Part shown: in pieces, positions 51,863-61,491 of the stretch
How positions within the stretch are numbered: the first letter of the stretch is position 1
How the letters are laid out: each line of letters starts with the position of its first letter
DNA from: Guillardia theta CCMP2712
Taxonomy: Eukaryota > Protista > Cryptophyta
DNA: 64,000 nucleotides
Reading direction: 5' to 3'
NCBI RefSeq assembly: GCF_000315625.1
Contig: NW_005434627.1
Coordinates: 335,295-399,294, forward strand
Program-made: the position numbers and the translations under genes
Notes under the pieces: generated by a model
Told to the model about the DNA's origin: nothing
Seen by the model: the letters and a program-made list of their open reading frames with translations, nothing else
Database searches by the model: none

Positions 51863-52069
51863 GACGTTCGAATTTGACCCCTGAGTTCCTCACTGTCACC
51901 GATGCGTTCGTCTTGCTGACGCCCAACATGATCCGCCTCTTCGCCATCTGCTGCGCCATCTCTAGTTTCTCCTGCTCCTTTTGATTCCGCGAGGAGCGAG
52001 AGCTGGCCGTAGAAACCTCACAGGGCAAGAAGGGGAGTTCTCGTTCTCTCCTTGTTGACAAGTTTTTCT

Positions 52070-52395
52070 CCTTAGATGTTGATCATCCCTTCAGCCCTTA
52101 GAGAGGAGGCCTTGCTCTCTCGCAGGGAAGAGAATCCCGTCCTTGCATGCCAGCAGGCTGCTTCCAACGCGTCACAAGTCACTGAGTTGCACTCCACAAT
52201 GCTAACCCGTCCTCTTCCAGCACGTAGGCCACCACGGGTACAGAGTTCCTGCAACAAAGACCAACAGAGGGTCCTTTTCAGCACTGGCGCAGATTCACAC
52301 TCCGGGGGTGGATGGAGGAGGCTGTTGCCTGTGCCAGTAACTTAAACCGTCTCTAACCTTCCTGGCAAGGGTCTGACTGAGTCGGGCTCAGTTGG
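52070..52395 (-). mobile_element. Diverged relic homologous to the U3 half of the chromovirus LTR
   Basis: GCTCTCTCGCAGGGAAGAGAA(T/C)CCCGTCCTTGCATG, CCACGGGTACA, CTGCAACAAAG and TCGGGCTC(A/G)GTT blocks are collinear with LTR 45640-45945. Confidence 0.8.
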
Positions 52396-52960
52396 CACTG
52401 CACTACGGCACTGCGGCAACACGCTTAGTGATGAGCTCTCAGCCTCAGTCTGCCAGACAGACTGAGACACTGATGATCGGATGGCAGGGCCTCATCACTG
52501 AGTCATCATAGCAGTCTGGCACTGTAGTGACGAGTAGCACTGAGCCTCGGATCGGATCAGGACCGGCGGTCACGACCGTCCGATCCGACCGTAAGGTCGG
52601 ACGGTACGGTAGCCTGCCGGCCGCCGAGCACGGTCAGCGATCGGACGGACACGGCCGCGCACTGCACGGTGCCCGGCCAGACTCGGGACCGGTCTTGTCA
52701 GCGTCACCCGGCCGCCCATCATGGGCCAGTGCGAGCGCTCAGTCACTGAGTCAGTCCCCCCCGGGCCCCCGGGGCTGTGTGACAGTGAGGCGCGGCCGGC
52801 CTCAGCCCGGCAGGCTGACTCTGGCCTGAGCTATTTCTTTACTCAAAGTTAAGTTAAAGATCAGCAGTGGCGGCCGCGGAGCCTGCCAGTCCCGGGCCCC
52901 GGCCGAGCCACGGTCGGGCCAACTGTGGCCCGTGTAGCCCTCGTGACCGATATATTTTAC
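52395..52960. other. Palindrome-dense island 6
   Basis: TTACTCAAAGTTAAGTTAA 52839-52857, plus CCGGCCG, CACTGAGTCA and GATCGGATC words. Confidence 0.7.
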
Positions 52961-53459
52961 TGCACCGTAAAGTTAGGGTCCTGCTTCGTCAGCATTGTTC
53001 ACTAGCCAGTCACAGGCACAGTCTTAATATCTCAAAAGAGATGTTATCGCGTCACATGTCGTCACTGGACTCAACGTCTACGTTCCATATCCGGCCATAA
53101 CCCTGAAACATTGTAAACAAGCAATGATTCGGATAAGTCGCTGACATAATCACATACGATTGAGGTCATCCCAATATCTTAAATCTTGCCTACCCTATCG
53201 AGTATCTAGTTTTCGAGTATCACAGGGTGGGTACTTCATACTGGCTGGTTACTCCAGGGGAGGGCTTCAAGGGTATATCCTCCTGTGTGGAGGTGGTTCC
53301 AATAGATACAGTTCGTGGAAGCGCCTGAGCATTGACAAAGACTTCTTGTAATTCTCTCCCTTTGCAATCACTGTCTCGTCACAATTTGTATTACAAGAAA
53401 CACAGAGTTGAATCTTTGAGCGTTCAGGAAAAGAAGAATCCAACGACTCTAGCAACTCA

Positions 53460-53699
53460 TTGTTTTTTCTTATGACGAATCATCTGGATTCGAAGATTGG
53501 CGACAGCTCTATGGCGAGAATAGCTAACGTTGAAGTAGATCGAAAGGAATTCTACATTTCAATGCCCTTTGATTTCGTTTTTGAGCCGAGTAAGAGATCG
53601 CTGCGCATCTCCAGGCAAGGGGACAAAGATGGTTTGCTAAACAACATCAAGCACGCCAGAAGAAAGTATGATAAGAAAAGATTGTATTCTTCCATGTAA
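53460..53699 (+). CDS. Micro-ORF family member A (79 aa, unknown function)
   Basis: Aligns ungapped with 54419-54658 (17/38 identical) and with 55431-55793. Confidence 0.6.
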   Translation: MFFLMTNHLDSKIGDSSMARIANVEVDRKEFYISMPFDFVFEPSKRSLRISRQGDKDGLLNNIKHARRKYDKKRLYSSM

Positions 53700-54418
53700 A
53701 TAGTGTCTGAAAATAGAACAATCTCTGCGATTCTTGTTTTCTGTATGTTTGATTTAAGTGAGAAGCTAAATGTAACATTTTTCAATGAACGTGATATTTG
53801 AGATATCTCAGTCGATGTGGTTTACCAAAGATTACACTTTGTTCAAATACCTCAAAGGATGATCTCACACCTTATTCGAGCATGAGTGCACATGTGCTGA
53901 TCGAAAACACAAGCTGGAAGCTGGACAAACGGAAATCGCGATCTTGTAGAAACAGGCACTAGAGAAGCACGAGGGGCTTATTGTACTGGATGTTACAACA
54001 TAGCCAGTAGTCCTAATAACTTGGGTTTGATCCAATTGTACACAGTATAAGATAGCTTTCCTCCAAACTCACCCTGAAGGCAACATAACAAAGGTAAAGG
54101 CAACATAACAAAGGAAATCGAAGATGACAACAACAAAAGTAACCGAATGCGTCTGGGTTCCCTCGCTAATAATGAATCATCATCTTATGCTTGAATCATC
54201 TTATGCAGCATCCACACATTCGAATACCATTATCAATCCTTGTGAGACGAACAGTGTGTACACGTATGAAAGTTTATTACATTCTGAGAATTAACTCGAA
54301 AAATGATTTTCACTGCATTATGCACAGGAAAAATGAGAACCATAGTTGAGAAACAATCAATATACAGGTACAGCTACTGCTACTTACAAACGAGTAATGA
54401 AATATACTATGAGAAGAG

Positions 54419-54658
54419 CTATATTTTCGCATAGACTGGATCTGACAGCTTTCTTCTTGCTCTTTCGATGTTTGATAACAAAAGCCCATCCGGACCTGTG
54501 ACAATGCACCTTTTACTTCTTGCAGTCAACTCCAATTTGAAATTGGATGGAGCAGAAATGTTGCGGTCTGTAGAGATGGATAGATCACGAAAATCGTCTT
54601 GTAGGCGCTTGGACACGTGCTGTATGGCCTGTTGCTCGATATTTGCCATCTCAGCCAT
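54419..54658 (-). CDS. Micro-ORF family member B (79 aa, unknown function)
   Basis: ISAPSNFKLELTARSKRCIVTGPDGLLLSNIERARRKL, shared with its paralogues. Confidence 0.65.
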   Translation of the reverse strand: MAEMANIEQQAIQHVSKRLQDDFRDLSISTDRNISAPSNFKLELTARSKRCIVTGPDGLLLSNIERARRKLSDPVYAKI

Positions 54659-55430
54659 GTATTTCCAATGCAGACAAGGTTCTCGGATGACAGAAAGGAG
54701 GAGGAGGAGGAGGAACAGGAGGAGGAGGTGGGCAAAAGATCAGGGCCAAGTTCTCAGACAAGAGAGAGAGAGAGGTTGTGGTTGCTGTGGGAACGCGATG
54801 AGATCGGAGCGCGGCAGTGAAAGGAAAGCCAGCGCACAGCGTAACAAAAAAGCCGCAGCCACAAGTACTTCAGTAGGGACGTCGTCAAAGGTGGGGTACT
54901 TTCTGGGGAAGAATGGGGTAGTTCTGAGAAAGAATCTTTTCACCTTGCAGGGTACAGCCGTGGTAAAAAACCCTCATCAACTTTAAAACAGATTTAGAAG
55001 CTCAGCAGGCGGTCCCGGCCACCACCCAGCAATCAAACACTGACTTCTTGAGCACTTTGCCGGAGCTCATATCCGTCGAGATCCGGAAGCGTTTACGAAT
55101 AAACAAGTTTTCATATCTTACAAAGTCAGCGGGTCCCGTGTGTCCATTACATGTGACCACTTAACGCGTATCTCCTGAGCCATTCCGACGTAACGTCTGT
55201 GAAAACTATCATTTTCGGATTTTAAGCTATATTGCCAGGGATCTTGAGATGCATGTTCCGACTGCACGCTTTACCAGGAAATGATAACCGGAACGGAACG
55301 ATCCGACTGAAAGTAAATAGCAGCAGCAGCAGCAGCAGACGAAGAAGAAGAAGAAGAAGAAGAAGGAGAAGGAGAAGAAGGAGATAAATTGTGATAGAAG
55401 AGTGATAGAGGTGAATAAGGAAGACTTGAG

Positions 55431-55793
55431 ATGAATACAATAGAGTCTTCGATCAATGCGAATGGTCAGTGTGAACTTTCAGACATCATGGGCAAGAAGG
55501 GCCTTGAAGACGGAATCGATCAAAGACATGGCGAAACGTCGATCATTGAAAGAAGCTGTCACTGCGAACAAGCTGGTACTCTGAACGAAGACCCACAAGC
55601 AACCAGAAGGCGAGCTTCTGCAGTCTATTTTTGCAATGACAGTGTGCGAGTGTTTCGGGACAAGAAGCTGGGGGAGAGGAGGAGTCTGTCCCTACGTGTC
55701 GAGGGGCCGCAAGGTTTGCTCTTGTCGAATATTCGGGAGGCTGTGGAGAAATATTCAAAGAAGGCTATTCAACGAAGCAAGTCTTGTCAGTGA
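55431..55793 (+). CDS. Micro-ORF family member C (120 aa, unknown function)
   Basis: RSLSLRVEGPQGLLLSNIREAVEKY aligns ungapped with members A and B. Confidence 0.55.
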   Translation: MNTIESSINANGQCELSDIMGKKGLEDGIDQRHGETSIIERSCHCEQAGTLNEDPQATRRRASAVYFCNDSVRVFRDKKLGERRSLSLRVEGPQGLLLSNIREAVEKYSKKAIQRSKSCQ

Positions 55794-55804
55794 TATTCAC
55801 AACT

Positions 55805-55890
55805 TGTCACATCCAGGAGAAGTCACCAACTGTCCTTTCATCCTGATAGGCCTTTGTCTGACTCGGGCTCGGTTCCTATGAGCTCTGACA
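55805..55890 (-). mobile_element. 86-bp internally deleted mini solo-LTR with 5-bp TSD
   Basis: TGTCACA + LTR 45857-45870 + LTR 45895-45959 (identical). CAACT on both sides (55800-55804 and 55891-55895). Confidence 0.92.
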
Positions 55891-56174
55891 CAACTGCAAC
55901 TTCTCAATCATTTTCTGTTGTGCGATGGAATGACATGGAATGTTCCACCGGTCGTCTCACGTGGGCAAGCAAGAGACTTGAAAGAGTGGAAATCAACAGT
56001 TGCGTAGATTCGGTTGAGAAATGTACTTTAAAAACTTTCTTACTGTTATCCTGTGAAAGCAGTCTTTGAAGTAAATTTTGTATCTTGACTACAAACACAA
56101 CAGCACTCCTGTTCCACTGTTTCGGCTCTCTTGTACATGAAGATTTGTTGACTCCTCCTTGTTGATGATTACAG

Positions 56175-56520
56175 CACTGCCGAAAAAAACGAGCACGCAA
56201 ACGATGAAAGCCAGGGTCCCCATACACCGCCTCCTGAGCGCATCCATCCCACTCCGCTGTCAACGTAGCTCCATGGTGATCCGCCAGGTACCAGAGAAAC
56301 CGCAAAGCGTCAGCATGAAGAAGACCATCCGTACCTGCAGTGAAGGGAAGAAAGGCCTTCGGCGGGTGATGGGTGCCATAACTTGCGCGATGATCCGAAA
56401 TCTTCTGTTGGGCGGGGCCGGAGAGCGCAGAAAGGCCGATGGGGCTGCCGCTGCTGTTGTAGGGATGAGTCATCGTGAAGTCCAGAACCAGCGGCCCGGC
56501 CCATTCCAGGTGTGGGTGGA
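56175..56520 (-). mobile_element. Fragment of a non-LTR retrotransposon restriction-like endonuclease (CRE/R2-type) C-terminus
   Basis: LVLDFTMTHPY...AQQKISDH...Y...FLPFTAGTDGLLHADALRFLWYLA follows the RLE D-x-T..HP..K..Y..F-x-P...G pattern. Confidence 0.7.
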
Positions 56521-56674
56521 GAGGCGAACTAAAGAAAATAAAAAATGACGTGGACAAACGTCATTTTTGTTTTTTTTGACAAGGCACGTCAAATCGAAGA
56601 GCTGGTATGGGGAACCAGCTGAGTAATGAGAAGGTGAGCAAAGCAAGGCAGATGGCGTACACGGTGTGTGTGAT

Positions 56675-56885
56675 GGAGGAGAGGAGGAGAGGAGGAGAGG
56701 CGGAGAGGAGGAGGGGAGGAGGGGAGGAGGGGAGGACAGGAGGACAGGAGGACAGGAGGACAGGAGGACAGGAGGACAGGAGGACAGGAGGTGAGGAGGA
56801 CAGGAGGACAGGAGGACAGGAAGAGAGTGAAGAAGGAGAGGAGGGGAGGAGGGGAGGATGGGAAAGGGGGGGGGAGGAGGAGGGT
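56675..56885. repeat. (GGAGGACA)n and GGA-rich repeat
   Basis: Directly visible. Confidence 0.8.
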
Positions 56886-57166
56886 TGAGATGAAGGTAAG
56901 GACAAGGAAAGGGAGAGAAGAATGAGATGGAAAGGACAAGGGCAAATAAGCAGGAGAACGATATCAAGGTGACGTAATGCATAGTTCCTTTGTTGTCCGC
57001 CATTCACTACATCAGGAGCATCGTTTGGGATCATTCAAAAAACCAGTTGTGCTAGAAGGAAAAGCAAAGGAGAGGCTGGTAGAAAGGATGTACAATCGTA
57101 GAGATAGGAAGAGAAATTGTTTTCCCTGACAGATCTTGCGATATCTTGAATCATGAACTGACAAGG

Positions 57167-58355
57167 ATGCTGCAGCAAATGAAGGCGACGGAGGTCAAAG
57201 CTCTGTGCATGAAGCGATGCGGCTGGCTGATGAAATCCGGGCTGACAAACACGCACATGCAGAAGAGGTGACTTGGATTGAGGGACAGTCCTTCCCTGCC
57301 GTTCCTCTTACTTGCTGACTGTCTGCTGGGAGTGCTGGTGGGAGGAGGGAGAGACTTCTGACGTCATGTCAGGTGGTGTGCGATCTACGAGCTGAAGCTC
57401 TTCTACTATGAGTCGCCTAGGGTAGGATGATGTGTTGTTGTTCTCCGAGGCCCCAGTGACCTCCTTCACTTGATCGCTCCTCCTCCTTCACTTGATCGCT
57501 CCTCCTCCTTCACTTGATCGCTCCTCCTCCTTCACTTCATCGCTCCTCCTCCTTCACTTCATCGCTCCTCCTTCACTTGATCGCTCCTCCTCCACTTGAT
57601 CGCTCCTCCTCCTTCACTTCATCGCTCCTCCTACCTCACTCTGATCGTCTGCCAGAGTGAGATACCCAACGGCATCATCGACTTGCGAGGAGCGATGATC
57701 AAGAAATGCTCGAAGCCCAAGTTCGCGTTTGAGATCGAGACTGGTGAAGAGCGAGAGAGAGGCAAACGAGGGCTCAAGTGATGGTTTGTCAGGCGGAATG
57801 ATTCAAGAGCCCGGTATCCGGAGAAGAACCTTCCTCTTCGTTGCAAGTGGTGTAGGTGAGAACAAGCAGGAGAGGAGGAAGAACGGGGGAGGGAGGAGAG
57901 AGGAAGTTAGGGAAGGGGGTGGGGGGGAGGAGAGTGAAACACGAAGGTTGCTAACAAGGTTGACCTCAAAGTCAAAAGAGAGAGAGGAGCTTAACAGAAG
58001 CAGATGAGGGGCAGAGAGGGAGGAGAAGAGAATAGGAAACGAGGGAGGAGGAGAGAACAGCAGAGGCAGTCAAAGGTCTTTGAAGTGGCCATCAAAAGAC
58101 AGTGTTGACTTGACAGTTGACATCAGTTGATGGGCGTTTGACACTCAGTCTCTCTGAGCGCTGACGCTCTTTCCCCCCAGATGTCAAAGAAGCTTCCCTC
58201 AGTGTCGACCCCCGTCAAGCTGAGCTGGAGCAGCGGCAGAAGGACAGGCTGAGGCAGAAGATGTGGATGGTGAGGTTATGTTTGTTCCTCCTGCCTCGGC
58301 CTTACAGCTTGTGCAGAAATGGATATCAGATGAGATCGCGCGAACTTTCATCTAA
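57167..58355 (+). CDS. Small PH-domain protein (multi-exon)
   Basis: Spliced KRCGWLMKSGLTNTHMQKR|WCAIYELKLFYYESPR|SEIPNGIIDLRGAMIKKCSKPKFAFEIET|...RRTFLFVAS...WM. Confidence 0.8.
57461..57632. repeat. ~22-bp intronic minisatellite
   Basis: Unit CCTTCACTT(G/C)ATCGCTCCTCCT, about 8 copies. Confidence 0.85.
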
Positions 58356-58576
58356 ATCAGAACATCCCTCTCCTTCTCTTGTATTGAACAACAGCCTCTC
58401 ATGTACAACAACTTCCTTCACATCACTCAACAAACAAGTTCAGTGTAACAAACAAGTTCAGTCCGCACCAGCAGCATGCAGCTCAACAGCAGGTCCGCCC
58501 CCCCCCCCCTCACTCTTCCAACGACAGACCCCACTGCCTCGCCTTGTCGTGTACCGCCTGAACATGCGCGGAGGTG

Positions 58577-60140
58577 TTAGCTACCGAGAGCATCCATCTC
58601 AACGTTCTGAAAGGCAGCAAACAGACGCGTCAGTTTCCTCTCAACACCCTCAACACTCTTCTCACATCTGCGCCATCTCCCCGCCGCTCTCAGTCTGTAA
58701 CAGCTCCTCGTGCCTCCCCTGCCTCGACGGGCCGTCGAAGAGCGAGGAGAGCAAGAGGATACACGTCGACCGGCAGGCCTTGTCCTCGTCATACAGGAAC
58801 TTGAAGGCTTTCAAAGTGATCTACATTCACCTCAACCACAACTATCAGGCTGTTCCGAAGTCACCTCGTCGTATCTCTTCAGCGTCCTGTCGATGGTCGC
58901 GAACCCTCCCAGCCCGATCAAGGCAAGTTGAGTCTGCGTGTTTCCCCTGACGAGGTTGAGAAGGCAACTGCCCAGCCTTTCAGCCCCACCCGGGCCATCA
59001 ACCATCGACATCACCGCACTGACTCGTTCAGTTCCGCAGACCGGATGAAAGTCAGCGGCTCGAACTCATTCTTGCCTTCTTCCTGCACCAGCAGTCCTCT
59101 CAGTCAGAGCAAGGGTCCTCTCAGTCAGAGCAAGGGTCCTCTCAGTCAGAGCAAGGGTCCTCTCAGTCAGAGCAAGGGTCCTCTCAGTCAGAGCAAGGGT
59201 CCTCTCAGTCAGAGCAAGGGTCCTCTCAGTCAGAGCAAGGGTCCTCTCAGTCAGAGCAAGGGTCCTCTCAGTCAGAGCAGGAGTGCTTTAGCGTACCTCG
59301 TCGTTCACCATGTCCACAATCTCCAGCATCTTGGTGAGAACCCCACTGCTCGCTATCGCCGACTGCCGGGCCAGGTGCTGGGAGGTAGACGGCGACTCCC
59401 CCTGTGGGACTTGCGAGACCTTCCTGACAAGGGTGCAGTAGTTGAGCACGAGCTCGTCGCTCGCCTTGAGCTTGCTGGAAAACTTGGCGGCCCAAGAGAC
59501 GATCCGGTCGAGGAGGTGAGGGGAGATCTCGGTGTCTTCTACACAGTCCCCGAATGCTCTCATGCAGTGAATCTGTGCCGGGGGTCACCTCAGACCACCC
59601 CGAGCTCACTCACCAGCAGCTCTCCGTCCTGCTCGTTGTTTTCCATCCCCTCCATCACGTACCGCACGATCTCGTGCTCGTTCATCAAGCTCTTGGCTGG
59701 CTGGCTGAGGCTGACCAGCTCTCGTATCAGCATGCAGCAGTTGTTGATGGTGACCGTATCCTGATGATGCTCCATCGCTATCACCGTCACCTCCACCACG
59801 TTGCTCTCCACCATGAGTGAGCTCAGCCTCTCCCCTGCTGCAACTGCCTTGGACTGCAGGAAGACCATCTCCTTCCTCTCCTTGCCGTCTTCTAGAAGTC
59901 TCCCGAGAGCATACAACCCTGCAGAAACAAGCAGATCAAGAAAGACTCGTGCCCTTCCTTCATTTTCTTCCGTTTCCAATTTTTGTGCATGACCATCTCT
60001 CCCGCCTCCTCGTCTCCCTCGCTCCCTCCTCGCTCCCTCCTTCTCTCCTTTCCCTCCTCTCCTTTCCCTCCCTGCCTCCCTGCCTCCCTGCCTGCCTCGC
60101 CTCCCTGCCTGCCTGCCTGCCTGCCTGCATGCCTGCCTCG

Positions 60141-60212
<72 letters not shown>

Positions 60213-60675
60213 CCTCCCTCCCTCCCTCCCCCCCATCACTCCCTCCCCCCCATCACTCCCTCCCTCCCCTCCCTCCTTTCCATAGCTCACCATTGCTCTG
60301 CACATTGGCGTCAAGAGGATGAGCGCACATCCCTCCCAGGATACACTTCACCAGCATCGGCCACAGATCAGGGTACAGCAGCAGGCTCTTCGAGCATGCC
60401 CCCAGAGCGTACTGTACCGTGCTGATCGTCGTGGTGCAAGCAAGCTTTCGCAACATGACCTTGCAAAGGAGCTCAACGCATGACTGCGGGAGGTACTTGC
60501 CTCTGCGCAAGGAGATGTTGAAGCTAGTCTGATCTCTGGCAACGAACTCTTGGAGGGATGCGAGGATCTCGAAGACTGTACCTCTCACCATGGCGCCATC
60601 GTTGGCGTTGTCTGCCATCTTCTTCTGAAGCTGGTCAAAGTGCCGCCTCTCCGCCTCGCTCAGCTGGTCCGACAT
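58577..60675 (-). CDS. Armadillo/HEAT-like helical repeat protein (multi-exon)
   Basis: VVEVTVIAMEHHQDTVTINNCCMLIREL, IVRYVMEGMENNEQDGEL and LVKCILGGMCAHPLDANVQ are ARM-like repeats. Confidence 0.7.
59095..59279. repeat. 21-bp intronic minisatellite (~9 copies)
   Basis: Perfect TCCTCTCAGTCAGAGCAAGGG units. Confidence 0.95.
60070..60230. repeat. (CCTG)n intronic microsatellite
   Basis: Directly visible. Confidence 0.9.
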
Positions 60676-60954
60676 GGCCTCTCCCTCCCCACAAGTCACC
60701 TTCCTCCGCTCGTTCTCCTCTCTCCCATCCTCTGGCTCTCAACCTCTACTCTCTCTCTCTTCTCTTCTCTCCTCTCCTCTGGCTCTCCTCTCCTCTCCTC
60801 TCCTCTCTCAATCTCCTCTCCTCTCTCAATCTCCTCGCTCTCCTCGCTCTCCTCGCTCTCTTCTCACTCTCTCTTCTCTCTCTCCTTCGCTTCCCTCTCT
60901 TCTCCCATCGCTTCTTGGCTCCATGATGGTTTGATGGCTCTAGTCAATTTCACC

Positions 60955-61275
60955 TAGCTAGCTAGTGTCACGATCGGCCCGCCCACGGCGGCGGCTGCTG
61001 CCCCGGGGGCCGGGCCCGGCCCGGGCCAGCGCTGATCGGACCGTACCGTCCGGGTCACCCCGGTGGTCAGTGCCCGGCCGCGGGCACGATCATGGTCAGG
61101 CGGCGCCGCAGACTCCGGGTGACCAGTTCGTCGGTTACCCTGCGGTTGCCCCGTGTCCCGGACCCGGGGCCCGGGCTTTCAGTCACCAGGGCCGACCGTG
61201 GCTTCAAGTGCCGGCGGGCGGCCAGTCGGACTCGCCTGACATGGGGCGGTCGGCTCTTTGTCACCAGTCATGCTT
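60955..61275. other. Palindrome-dense island 7
   Basis: TAGCTAGCTA, GCCGGGCCCGGC 61009-61020, and CCGGGTCACCCCGG/CCGGGTGACC words. Confidence 0.65.
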
Positions 61276-61491
61276 CAGATCTGTATTCAAAAACCGATTG
61301 ACAAGAACCCATCGCTGGCCTGATTTCATCAATCCGGGGTTTGAACAGGAGCCACAACTAACTTGATCATTCACAATAACTTGATTTACAACATAGCCTG
61401 ACTCGGATGCCCTCGTCATGATGTCTTCGAGTCGTCGGAGCTCGAGCCATCTGCGTCAAGAGGTCGTCAGGGCTCGATCATGATGTAGCAG

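Noticed and set aside
59095-59279. 21-bp repeat as CRISPR or as a coding SQSKGPL repeat
   Set aside because: No spacers, and it lies between GT/AG-bounded exons of the minus-strand ARM gene.
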